A stretch of DNA of 64,000 nt from Promethearchaeota archaeon (lineage in GTDB: Archaea > Asgardarchaeota > Lokiarchaeia > Sigyniarchaeales > SOKP01), in contig JAEOTZ010000058.1 of assembly GCA_016839585.1 (NCBI GenBank), positions 32,001 through 96,000 of the forward strand, read 5' to 3'. The notes below the pieces were generated by a model. The model was not told the DNA's origin, did no database searches, and saw only the letters and a program-made list of their open reading frames with translations. How positions within the stretch are numbered: position 1 is the stretch's first letter; each line of letters begins with the position of its first letter. This document shows positions 40,020-49,832 of the stretch, in pieces. The translations under genes and the position numbers were made by a program.

Positions 40020-40574
40020 TTATTTCTTAATTCCAAGCAAACCTAAAATAAATCTTGCGATACCACTAAGTAATATAGAAACTGAAAGTATAACTATAGC
40101 TTTTTTATTATTAATTTCCGGAGTAAAAAAGACGATAAGTGATAACACAATCATTACAATTCCTATTAAAGCTAAAAAAATTCGGTATCCTCTAAAATAC
40201 TCTTTAGTTGTTGCTCCTATGTATATCCTTGCAAATCCAATCAATAGTAATAAAATGTTAAATAATAACACTAAAATAGCAATGGCAAATGCCGGTTCTT
40301 CTATTACATTAACCATTACAATAATTCCAAATATCAAAGCAATAATAGCTGTAAGAAATTTTGCTAGTTTTCCACTAGTATCCAATTTATCATTAGAATA
40401 GGCATTAATCAACCTTACTAAACCAATAATAATTATTACGATTGAAAGGAGAAAAAGTAATGTTAAAACAGCAGCAGTTGTGTATACGATAAGAATAACA
40501 GCTAAAATTATAATTATCGCTCCAAATATAATATTAGAATAAGTTAAAATTTTCTCTTTTTTAGTTTCATCCAT
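40020..40574 (-). CDS. HdeD/DUF308 family membrane protein
   Basis: Six TM helices with repeated G..I.G..R pattern. Confidence 0.7.
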   Translation of the reverse strand: MDETKKEKILTYSNIIFGAIIIILAVILIVYTTAAVLTLLFLLSIVIIIIGLVRLINAYSNDKLDTSGKLAKFLTAIIALIFGIIVMVNVIEEPAFAIAILVLLFNILLLLIGFARIYIGATTKEYFRGYRIFLALIGIVMIVLSLIVFFTPEINNKKAIVILSVSILLSGIARFILGLLGIKK

Positions 40575-40767
40575 TTTGATTCACTTTTTTTTGTTATGGA
40601 TTTATTATTCAATTTATAATAAAAGATAAAATAATTTATAAAATTCTAGCTAAAAAGACCCATCCTCTCTTTATAGATAAATTTAATAAGCAATTGAAAG
40701 AATTTTTTTCTGAACAAATAAATTAATTTAAAGAAAAAATATTTATATAATTATCAAACTTCATTTT

Positions 40768-41019
40768 TTGGTGAATTCTTTGCTTTTTCAAACTTCAGGT
40801 CAATTTTTATTATTAATAATCATGTTATTGGGACTCACTTTAATAACATTGATAATATTTATAATAAATTTAATTAATGAATTAAAAGAATCCTCGCTCG
40901 ATCAAATATCATTAATTATGTTAACAGGATCATTGTTAATAATCTTTATACCGTTAAATTATTACTTAATTCGGTCTTTTTTAGAAGATTTTAAATTGGG
41001 ATTTTTTGTATTAGTTTAA
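40768..41019 (+). CDS. small membrane protein
   Basis: Two hydrophobic helices. Confidence 0.4.
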   Translation: MVNSLLFQTSGQFLLLIIMLLGLTLITLIIFIINLINELKESSLDQISLIMLTGSLLIIFIPLNYYLIRSFLEDFKLGFFVLV

Positions 41020-41201
41020 TTTTTCATAGCAATAAAATAAAAAATTAGAATTTTAAAAAAAATTAAAAAGGCAGTTACAAAAGAAAAAGATCTACCGGTG
41101 CAAATAGATAATATAATGAAATAATAACTTTCTTAACTTACTATTTTCTTATTTAATTATTCATATTAAAATTCTATATAGGACTAATTAAAAAAAAATA
41201 A

Positions 41202-41693
41202 GTGATTTATATTCCTTTCATCTCAGATTTAATGAAAAACGCTAGAGAAAGAAATATTGAAGCAGGGATCGTTCTCTTTGCTTTATGTAGCCTTATTATT
41301 TATATACCAACCAGTTTTTTTATTGTTCGACTTATTCTTTTTGCTGATCTTCAACTTTTGATTGGAGCAATCATCGGATTAAGATTTACTTTGAAAAATC
41401 AGGAACCAGAGACGGATACTCTAAAAACTGGTGTTATAACAGGAATTAGTGGCGGTGTTTTATCTGCAGTATTTATAGCTTTTTATGAATGGATTATATT
41501 ATCTATTTTAGAGGGACAAGCTAACATACTTGCTCTTATTTGGTTTATTTTGTACATTCTTATATCAGGATTAGTTATTGGCTTAATAATGGGAGCATTA
41601 ATGAGTACCTTCTCTATGTATAAAGAAGTAAAAAAACCAGATGAAGATAAACATATTGATGAAGATTTCTTTAAAGATTTGATGGAAGATTGA
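41202..41693 (+). CDS. 4-TM hypothetical membrane protein
   Basis: Gly-rich TM helices and acidic tail. Confidence 0.75.
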   Translation: MIYIPFISDLMKNARERNIEAGIVLFALCSLIIYIPTSFFIVRLILFADLQLLIGAIIGLRFTLKNQEPETDTLKTGVITGISGGVLSAVFIAFYEWIILSILEGQANILALIWFILYILISGLVIGLIMGALMSTFSMYKEVKKPDEDKHIDEDFFKDLMED

Positions 41694-41822
41694 TTTCTTA
41701 GCAGAATTTAAGAATATTCTTTTTCACACTTTCTTATTTTTTAAATCAATAATTGGACTCTTTAAGAGATTAATATCTCATTACTTTTTATAACTTAAAA
41801 ATAAACAAAGTGTTTATAAGAA

Positions 41823-42101
41823 ATGAGTAAAGTAATAAAATGGAAATATGCTGATTTTTTTCAATCAAGAAGAGAAAAATTAATTAATCTGCTTTTTAGC
41901 GAGATAATTTTTCTAAAATCTCATATAAACAAATCTAAAATTTTAAATGAGCAACAATACCTTAGAAATGCCTTAAACAAACTTGAATATACTTTAAACT
42001 TTTTGAAAAATTTTGAAAAAGATTTATCAGATAAAGAATTTGATAAATTTGTTAAGATAATTTATGAAATTATTAAGGAAATTGTTATAAATATCGAATG
42101 A
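41823..42101 (+). CDS. hypothetical helical protein (92 aa)
   Basis: ORF track; its 3' half is duplicated upstream. Confidence 0.65.
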   Translation: MSKVIKWKYADFFQSRREKLINLLFSEIIFLKSHINKSKILNEQQYLRNALNKLEYTLNFLKNFEKDLSDKEFDKFVKIIYEIIKEIVINIE

Positions 42102-42150
42102 AAAGGTAAAAATATTTTTAAATAAAAATAAAAAAAATAAATTAACACTA

Positions 42151-43095
42151 TTACATTTTAACCATATCGCCTAAAAGGGCATATAAATTTTCTCTTTTGG
42201 GTGCTCCTTTCATTAATTCTCTAATTCTATCAGCTAACAATTGTGGTGTGAATGGCTTATGATCATTTTTGATTTGATTAACAGTATGCCATCCTTGGAA
42301 TAGCATAACACGATCACCTACGACTCTAAATACTTCTCCATTGATTTTTCTAGCATTGTCTGATGCTAAGAATACAACCATTGGTGCCACATTAGCAGGA
42401 TTGAAAACATCAAGCCCTGTTTCATCAAGTTTACTCATTATATCAATCATTTGCGGAGTAGCATCTGTGGTTAAACGAGTTCTTGCCAAAGGAACGATAC
42501 AATTAACAGTAGCATATTTTTTTAATTCAGCTGCAGCGTTCATAGTAAAAGAAGCAATACCTGCTTTGGCAGCACCATAATTGGTTTGCCCCAGATTTCC
42601 AGTTAAACCAGCATCAGATGCAGTATTAATAACTCTTCCAAAGTTTCCCAAACTTTCATTTGCCTTTACTTGCTCTCTAAAGTAAGCTGCAGCGTGTCGT
42701 GTCATGTTGAAAGTACCTTTTAAATGTACACCAATTACATCATCAAATTCAGCTTCTGTCATATTAAAAAGCATTCTATCCCGTAAAATACCAGCGTTAT
42801 TTACAAGAATATCTAACTTCCCAAATTCTGATATTGCTTGATCGATCATTGCCTTTGCTTTATTAAAATCAGTAACAGAATCATAATTAGCAACAGCTTT
42901 GACTCCTAATTTTTGCACTTCAACCACAACTTCATCTGCGATCTTAGTTTCTTGGCCACTTCCATCAAAAGCAGCTCCTAAGTCGTTGATAACTAAATTA
43001 CATCCTTCTTTTGCCATAGCTAAGGCTTCTTCATGCCCTAAACCACGTCCAGCGCCAGTAATTATGGTAACCTTATCTTTTAACATATTTCCCAT
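42151..43095 (-). CDS. SDR oxidoreductase, MFE-2/(3R)-hydroxyacyl-CoA dehydrogenase-like
   Basis: TGAGRGLG, VINDLG, NNAGILRD, GQTNYGAAK. Confidence 0.9.
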   Translation of the reverse strand: MGNMLKDKVTIITGAGRGLGHEEALAMAKEGCNLVINDLGAAFDGSGQETKIADEVVVEVQKLGVKAVANYDSVTDFNKAKAMIDQAISEFGKLDILVNNAGILRDRMLFNMTEAEFDDVIGVHLKGTFNMTRHAAAYFREQVKANESLGNFGRVINTASDAGLTGNLGQTNYGAAKAGIASFTMNAAAELKKYATVNCIVPLARTRLTTDATPQMIDIMSKLDETGLDVFNPANVAPMVVFLASDNARKINGEVFRVVGDRVMLFQGWHTVNQIKNDHKPFTPQLLADRIRELMKGAPKRENLYALLGDMVKM

Positions 43096-43238
43096 TTTTA
43101 ATACTCACTTTTAACTTTTCTAATCATTTTTAAATTTAACTTATATTGAATAATTAAGAACGATTTTTAAACTTAAAAAATTTTTATAATTTGATTTGAT
43201 AATAATTCTTCTTTTCTAATTTACATAGTGACGGGATT

Positions 43239-43733
43239 ATGAATTTAATTACTCATGTTTTAATTGGTATATTCATTCAAATTTTATGTTTTAAGTTTTT
43301 TACTTTTCCTTTAAACTTTTTACTTACTGTTTTCATTGCTTTTTTATCCCATTTTATAGTTGATGCACTTGCAAAAATTACCTATCATACTCCTGAACCA
43401 CATTGGGATGATAAATTCTGGGTTTCTTGGAATATAACTGTGCGTGTTTCTGGTTATATTGCAATATTTCTTTTCTTTCCTTATTATTTAGGAATGTTAT
43501 TTGCTAATTTACCAGACATTTGGGATTGGGTAATAGTAAGACGAATTCAAAAAAGGAGAAATATAAATGGAAAAACAGATTACCACCATAGCAACTTTTT
43601 CCATAGAATTGTAGATAAAATCAGAGAAAAAACACTCTTTTGGCTCCCAAATTGGAATTATAAAAAGTTTGGAGTCATACCAGAAATTCTTATTGTAATA
43701 AATTTGATAATTGCAATTATTTTACTAAGATAG
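43239..43733 (+). CDS. membrane protein, metal-dependent hydrolase-like
   Basis: ITHVLIG, LSHFIVDA, NLPDIWD, FFHR. Confidence 0.6.
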   Translation: MNLITHVLIGIFIQILCFKFFTFPLNFLLTVFIAFLSHFIVDALAKITYHTPEPHWDDKFWVSWNITVRVSGYIAIFLFFPYYLGMLFANLPDIWDWVIVRRIQKRRNINGKTDYHHSNFFHRIVDKIREKTLFWLPNWNYKKFGVIPEILIVINLIIAIILLR

Positions 43734-44133
43734 TCATTTTATTCGCTAATTCATCAGAATTTTTAAAATAATACAAATGACTTTTGCAATTACAATCAGA
43801 AGATCCGAAATCTTTTATAAAACCATCAGCACTTTCCATTAATTCGTTCGCTATTGTACATTCCCATCTTTTAGTAGATGGAATGAGATATAAGTGACTT
43901 ATCCTTGAATTTATATTAGCTAATAAGTAATCAATATGCCAATGGAATTTTTTATTATTTGTACGAGATAAGTGTCTTTTTACTCTATTCAATAAAGTTG
44001 ATGAATTTGCAGTTCCCATTGCGGAACCTACATAAAAATAAGATCCTTTATTAAATAGAATGTAACCTAAAGAACCAACTCGAATTCTTGAATTTTTACG
44101 TAAAAGAATAACTAAAATATAGGTACCTTTCAT
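43717..44133 (-). CDS. GIY-YIG nuclease, DUF123 family
   Basis: KGTYIL, YFYVGSAMG, RVKRH, HWHIDYL, FGSSDCNCKSHL. Confidence 0.9.
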   Translation of the reverse strand: MKGTYILVILLRKNSRIRVGSLGYILFNKGSYFYVGSAMGTANSSTLLNRVKRHLSRTNNKKFHWHIDYLLANINSRISHLYLIPSTKRWECTIANELMESADGFIKDFGSSDCNCKSHLYYFKNSDELANKMTILVK

Positions 44134-44316
44134 TTATTTGCAATTTTTTTTATGATCATGATAGCATCCATCACATAAATATTCTCCACAATTCTTACAA
44201 ACATTAGCACACATTTCACATATAGAATTCCCACACTCATAACAAGAAAATACTTCATCCTCTACATTTTCACCACAGTTTTCACAGAACTTATAATCTT
44301 CACTCATTTTTACCAC
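44134..44316 (-). CDS. small Cys-rich zinc-binding protein
   Basis: Five CxxC pairs plus HxxxC in 60 aa. Confidence 0.75.
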   Translation of the reverse strand: MVKMSEDYKFCENCGENVEDEVFSCYECGNSICEMCANVCKNCGEYLCDGCYHDHKKNCK

Positions 44317-44421
44317 ATTATTAATAACTTTAAATAAATATATCTAAGTGAGCTTAAAAACATCAATTATTCATTGGTAAATAATTTAATTATCTTTAGG
44401 ATAATCACTATTTATTAGGTT

Positions 44422-44928
44422 TCACCTTGTTTTCAATCTAAATTCATTAATTTTACTCCGAATTATTAATATAATCAAAATTGATTGGAGAAAAATCAAT
44501 GAATAAAGAAATAGATCTATGAATAAACTCGCATGCATACTTATTCCTAGCCATGATTTTATCCAGCAATCAGGATTTCCATCATTATACATTAAGCAAT
44601 CTGTAACTGCTAAATATACAATATGAAATCCTAACGATAAAATAATCACTAAAAGACCTATAACAATCTGAATATAAAAACTTCGTTTTATTCTATTAGG
44701 AGGAAATTGTACATTTTCCTTATCATTTAAAGAAGAATGAAAATCATGATCTTGTTTTTCAAGAATTAAATCTTTTAAAACTTTATTTTCCTCATTTAAC
44801 TGTTGATTTTCATTATGTAATTGATTATATCTTTTGAATAATTCAGTATAATTAGTGTTTTGCTCTTTTAAATTATCGCTTTTTTGTTTAGGTTTCACGC
44901 CGTTATGTTTAATACCTGTATCAATCAT
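44422..44928 (-). CDS. hypothetical protein, coiled coil + 2 TM
   Basis: YNQLHNENQQLNEENKVLK; two hydrophobic helices. Confidence 0.7.
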   Translation of the reverse strand: MIDTGIKHNGVKPKQKSDNLKEQNTNYTELFKRYNQLHNENQQLNEENKVLKDLILEKQDHDFHSSLNDKENVQFPPNRIKRSFYIQIVIGLLVIILSLGFHIVYLAVTDCLMYNDGNPDCWIKSWLGISMHASLFIDLFLYSLIFLQSILIILIIRSKINEFRLKTR

Positions 44929-45199
44929 GATTCTAATCCTGATTTACTACTTGAGACATTTTTGAACAAAAATTAGGAATTTTTCTCAATAAAAAAATCT
45001 CTAAATATTCTATATCTACCTAGTAATGTACTACTAGTTTAATGAATTAACTGTATTAAAAAATAATTAAAATCTGATTAATTCTTTATAGCATTCCCTA
45101 TATCCAATTAAAAAATTATAAAATATAAAAAAAATTTAACTTCAAACCAATTATTAATATTACTTAAAGTAACTCAAAACATAAATAAAGGATGATAAA

Positions 45200-46342
45200 A
45201 TGGATGATATTTTCTTTTCAGTAAAACATCATACTTTACGAAGAGAGATAAGAGAATTCTTATTAAAAGAATTGGAACCATTAAAGGATGATATTAATCT
45301 GAAAAAAGAAATCCCATTATCCATAATTAAAAAAATTGGAGAAAAGGGATTTTTTGGACCACTAATTCCAAAAAAGTATGAAGGATCCGAATTAGGATTG
45401 ATTGCTCATTGTTTAATTACAGAAGAAATTTCAAAAATAAATGTCGCTGTTTCTGTAACACGAACCCCTTGTATATTGAATGGTTATCTTCTCAATAAGT
45501 ACGGTAGTGAACAACAAAAAGGATTGTTTCTTAAAAAGATTGCCACTGGAGAAAAGCTATGTGGTATATGTGTTACCGAGGAAGAAGCAGGATCAAACGT
45601 GGCAGGAATTAAAACAGTGGCCCAAAAAAAGGGAAATATCTATCTTTTAAATGGTTCTAAAAAATTCATAACAAATGCGGGAATCGCAGACTATTATTTT
45701 ATTTGGTGTATAACAAATAAAAATGTCAATCCTCGAAATGGGACAAGTGTATTCTTAGTGGAAAAAGATACACCTGGACTAACAATAGAAAATCCTTATG
45801 GACTAATGGGATTAAATGGAGTATATAACGGTATTATTACTCTTGAAAATGCAGAAATTTCAAAAGATAATCTTATTGGTGAAGAAGGGAGCGGTTTTCA
45901 AAGTTTAATGGATACCTTTAACATAGAAAGAATAACTCTAAGTTCTGAATGCAATGGTATATCTTTAGCAGCTCTAGAAGATTCAAAACGTTATGCAAAA
46001 AACAGAATTCAATTTAATAAACCAATATCGGAGTTTCAACTCATTAAATTAAAAATTGCAGAAATGGCTACAAAACTGCGCGCAGCACGATTATTAACCT
46101 ATAGTGCAGCACAATTAAAGGAAATGAATATAGATATAACCAAAGAAGCTTCAATGGCAAAAACTTTTTCTAGTAGAACGGCAGTAGAAATTACTTCAGA
46201 AGCAGTTCAGATCCATGGTGGAGATGGATACACAGATTGTTATCCTGTTGAGAGATATATGAGGGATGCAAAATTTTTCCAAATTGGAGGAGGAACTTCT
46301 GAAATTCAGAATTTAATTATAGCACGTGAAGAATTAAAATAA
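45200..46342 (+). CDS. acyl-CoA dehydrogenase
   Basis: TEEEAGSNV, LNGSKKFITN, RIQFNKPI, QIHGGDGY, IGGGTSEIQ. Confidence 0.95.
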   Translation: MDDIFFSVKHHTLRREIREFLLKELEPLKDDINLKKEIPLSIIKKIGEKGFFGPLIPKKYEGSELGLIAHCLITEEISKINVAVSVTRTPCILNGYLLNKYGSEQQKGLFLKKIATGEKLCGICVTEEEAGSNVAGIKTVAQKKGNIYLLNGSKKFITNAGIADYYFIWCITNKNVNPRNGTSVFLVEKDTPGLTIENPYGLMGLNGVYNGIITLENAEISKDNLIGEEGSGFQSLMDTFNIERITLSSECNGISLAALEDSKRYAKNRIQFNKPISEFQLIKLKIAEMATKLRAARLLTYSAAQLKEMNIDITKEASMAKTFSSRTAVEITSEAVQIHGGDGYTDCYPVERYMRDAKFFQIGGGTSEIQNLIIAREELK

Positions 46343-46423
46343 AATTAGTTAAATAAGTTTTAAAGAAAATATACTTTTTGCATCTTTAGGTGTTGCCTTA
46401 CGGATTTTTTAGTTCCAAAAATT

Positions 46424-47215
46424 TCACTTTTTTCGAAACTGATTGAAATTTGCTTTTCTTTTCTCTATAAATGCATTCTTTCCTTCTACCGCTTCTTCAG
46501 TACCATAGTAAAGAGATAATCCACCAACTCCTAGTTGAGTAATGCCAGTTACTCCATCAGTTTCAGCCAAAAAAGCATATTTTAGCATCTTCAATGCTGT
46601 TGGGCTCTTTTCTAATAGTTCTTGACACCATTGTTCTACTTCTATATCCAACTTTTCGTAAGGCACAACAGAATTCACTAATCCCATTTCCATACCCTGC
46701 TGTGCTGTGTAACGTCGACAAAGAAACCAAATCTCTTTCGCCCGTTTTATGCCCACTGCACGCATTAAGTCACCAGTTCCATATCCCGGATCAAATGAAC
46801 CTACACGTGGTCCTGCTTGTCCGAACTGTGCATGTTCTGCCGCAATACTGAGATCACAATTAACGTGCCATACATGTCCTCCTCCAATCGCATAACCATT
46901 CACACGAGCTATGACTGGTTTGGGTAATGTACGGATTAGAAATGTTACTCGCTGCCATCCTACTTCCAAAGGCAACATATACTCTCCCGTATAACCGCCC
47001 TTCTCGCGTGTTGTTTGATCACCACCTGTACAAAACGCTTTATCGCCTGCACCAGTAAATACCACAACACCAATTTCATTATCCATGCATCGGTTAAAAG
47101 CGTCAATCAATTCATGGATAGTTCGTAGTGCACATGCATTATAACGTTGAGGTCGATTTATCGTTATTCGAGCAATTCTATCTTTCTTTTCAAATATAAT
47201 ATCTTCATAATCCAT
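46424..47215 (-). CDS. crotonase-family MenB/BadI-like enzyme (DHNA-CoA synthase or 2-ketocyclohexanecarboxyl-CoA hydrolase)
   Basis: AFCTGGDQ, GYAIGGG, GSFDPGYG, KRAKEIWFLCRRY. Confidence 0.85.
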   Translation of the reverse strand: MDYEDIIFEKKDRIARITINRPQRYNACALRTIHELIDAFNRCMDNEIGVVVFTGAGDKAFCTGGDQTTREKGGYTGEYMLPLEVGWQRVTFLIRTLPKPVIARVNGYAIGGGHVWHVNCDLSIAAEHAQFGQAGPRVGSFDPGYGTGDLMRAVGIKRAKEIWFLCRRYTAQQGMEMGLVNSVVPYEKLDIEVEQWCQELLEKSPTALKMLKYAFLAETDGVTGITQLGVGGLSLYYGTEEAVEGKNAFIEKRKANFNQFRKK

Positions 47216-47364
47216 TTTTCTGATTACCTTATGTTTTTAAAATTTCATTTTCAATGATTAATCACTAAAAATGTTCGTAATGTATTTAAAACAAACTATC
47301 TGGTCTGAAAAATATATATATCATTTCAACATAAATATATACTAAACTTATAAAGGTGAGATTT

Positions 47365-47781
47365 TTGGCTAAATTTGAAAGAAAAGTAGAGATCAATTCA
47401 TCTCCAAACAAAATTTATGATATATTGAATGATGAAAATCTTGAGGAAAAGTGGAATATTACAGTAAAAAAATTAACTACAATTGAACCAGATAAATATT
47501 CTGTAAAAACCACAGTGGGAGATATTATTTCAACAGTTACCGAAAGAGATGAAAATAAAAAAATTTCAATGGAAATAGAAGGGGGGCCCTTCAGCAAGAT
47601 GGGATATGTTCTTACTCCAAAAGGAGATTCAACTGAAGTAATGGGGTGGGCAGAATTCGAAAACCCAGAACAAGAGAGCATACTTGGTATGGCTGGTGAT
47701 ATGCTCTTAGAAAGTCTGAAAAAATACGTTGATTTTCTTGAAGGCGGGGGGAATCCTGCTGAATACAACAAAAAGAAATAG
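47365..47781 (+). CDS. SRPBCC/START-domain lipid-binding protein
   Basis: FERKVEINSSPNKIYDIL...W...SLKKYV; TTG start after GGTGA. Confidence 0.75.
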   Translation: MAKFERKVEINSSPNKIYDILNDENLEEKWNITVKKLTTIEPDKYSVKTTVGDIISTVTERDENKKISMEIEGGPFSKMGYVLTPKGDSTEVMGWAEFENPEQESILGMAGDMLLESLKKYVDFLEGGGNPAEYNKKK

Positions 47782-47853
47782 ATTATGAATGAATTTTCAA
47801 ATAAAATTTTTTTTTAATTATTTTTTTGTTTTAAATAATAACTAAATTTTATT

Positions 47854-48738
47854 ATGATCTGGAAGACGAGAATTACTAAAATAACAGGTATTAAGTATCC
47901 CGTTGTTATGGGGGCTTTTGGTGGATGGGGTAAATCAAAATTTGCATCATCTTTTTCAAATGCAGGTGGATTAGGAATCATAGCTGCTTTAAATTTTCCA
48001 AATTTGGAGGATTTTAAAATTGATCTGCAAAATATGAAAAATCTTACTGATAAACCTTTTGGAGTCAATCTTTCATTACCTCATCATACTTTAATGGATA
48101 CTAACGAAGATAAAAAGACAAAAAAGAGGTATTTAGAATATTTAGAAGTAGCTCTTAATGAAAATATTAAGATTTTTACTACTTCTGGCTTTAAAGCAAA
48201 ATTTTTAGGGGATAGAATACATCAAGCAGGAGGATATTGGTTTCATAAATGTGTTTTAATTAAACATGCTGTTGCAGCAGAAAAAGATGGTGCAGATGCA
48301 GTTACATTAGTCGGTTTAGAAGGTACTGGATTTAAAAATCCTTTTTCAAATACAACTTTGATAAATATAACAATGGCTAAAAAACTGCTTAAAATACCTA
48401 TCATTGCTGCCGGGGGGATTGGTGATGCGAGAGGGTATCTTAGTGCTTTAGCATTGGGTGCTGATGCAGTTTGTTTTGGAACCGCATTAATGATCACAAA
48501 AGAATGTCCCGTAGCTTTAAATATTAAAAAAAAATGGCTCAATATGGATATTTTTGATGAAGATTTTTATAATAGGATTTTTCATTATAATGTTAAAAAT
48601 TTTATGTCTCCTTCTATGGCATTAGGACACCGGAAAGAAATTGTGCCGGTTAAAGCGTTTATTGAAGAAATAATCGATGGAGCAGAAAAGATCTTAAAAT
48701 TATGGGGTTTTAAAACAGAAGAATTTAGCACATTATAG
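47854..48738 (+). CDS. nitronate monooxygenase / FabK-like flavoprotein
   Basis: KTRIT..GIKYPVV, SNAGGLG, KPFGVNL, IIAAGGIGD, LGADAV. Confidence 0.9.
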   Translation: MIWKTRITKITGIKYPVVMGAFGGWGKSKFASSFSNAGGLGIIAALNFPNLEDFKIDLQNMKNLTDKPFGVNLSLPHHTLMDTNEDKKTKKRYLEYLEVALNENIKIFTTSGFKAKFLGDRIHQAGGYWFHKCVLIKHAVAAEKDGADAVTLVGLEGTGFKNPFSNTTLINITMAKKLLKIPIIAAGGIGDARGYLSALALGADAVCFGTALMITKECPVALNIKKKWLNMDIFDEDFYNRIFHYNVKNFMSPSMALGHRKEIVPVKAFIEEIIDGAEKILKLWGFKTEEFSTL

Positions 48739-48740
48739 CT

Positions 48741-49652
48741 TTACATGAGGAAGAAGAATATTAAAGAGATGGTACCCAAAATAATCATTGTTGCACCCAT
48801 TCCTCTTCCCATTGCTTTAGCAGATAATCTTTGCACATAATTGGAAACAATAAATCCCGTTAAAAATGAACCAATTCCAAGATAGAGAGTAAATTCCCAA
48901 TTATAATAGAATTGATTTTTAATAGTAAAACCTAAAATTTGGTATATTGAAAATGTAAAGAAACACATGAAGATACTTAGTAGTAATGCTGTACCTACAG
49001 ACTTCTTTATTGGATACCCATAAAGGATTATTAAAACTAAAGTTATAATCAACCCTGAGCTCGCACCAAACATACCTGAATTGATACCGACAAAGAATCC
49101 AAGTATGATTGCTAAAAGATAAAATAATCTTGAATAGGGTTTAATAAATCCTTGGATTTGTTCATTTTCAACAGGATCTAATTCTTTAAAATTATTTTGA
49201 CTTTCATTATTTGTTTTGTTTTTTGTAAATCTCTTAATAATATTATTTACTGTTCTCTGAACTGAATCGGATGTAGGAAAACCTTTTCTAAGAATGGCTA
49301 ATCCTAAACAAATAATAAATATGGGAATCCCCCAACCAAAAACTGACCCTAAAGGAGTTGTCAGTAATATAAAAACTCCAAAAAAGGCGGCAATACTGGC
49401 AATTAGCATTAAAATTAATATGTCCCGACGGAAATAGAATTGCTTTTTTCGGGTATAATTAAAGCCTACTGCGATTGCTGCTATTAAATCATTTAAAACA
49501 CTGATTGCTATTGCTAGAAAAAGATCTCCAGAAATTATTAAAATAAGAGGGACAACGACACCTTGCCCCGTCTGACCAATAAAGCTCATCGAAATTCCTA
49601 CAAGTGCTCCAATAAAAATAAGAAAAATTATCTGATAAATTTCTAAGACCAA
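48741..49652 (-). CDS. sulfite exporter TauE/SafE family protein
   Basis: GQTGQGVVVP; SGMFGASSG..YPIKKSVGT. Confidence 0.85.
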   Translation of the reverse strand: MVLEIYQIIFLIFIGALVGISMSFIGQTGQGVVVPLILIISGDLFLAIAISVLNDLIAAIAVGFNYTRKKQFYFRRDILILMLIASIAAFFGVFILLTTPLGSVFGWGIPIFIICLGLAILRKGFPTSDSVQRTVNNIIKRFTKNKTNNESQNNFKELDPVENEQIQGFIKPYSRLFYLLAIILGFFVGINSGMFGASSGLIITLVLIILYGYPIKKSVGTALLLSIFMCFFTFSIYQILGFTIKNQFYYNWEFTLYLGIGSFLTGFIVSNYVQRLSAKAMGRGMGATMIILGTISLIFFFLM

Positions 49653-49832
49653 AAATAATCAAACCTATATTCTATTATATATATTTCTTAAATAATTAAT
49701 TAAAAATCATTTCACTTTATAATCTTTTGAAACCATCCGTTAATAATCAAAGTAACTATTATGATTTTTATACTAATTAAAAAAAATTAAGAAAAAAAGG
49801 AATAAAAATCTTAGATATCCCTGATATATTTA

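Noticed and set aside
39997-40401. Antisense or shadow ORFs (this one, 55417-55959, 50083-50373, 60187-60546, 63390-63656 and similar)
   Set aside because: They lie opposite well-supported genes and have no motifs of their own
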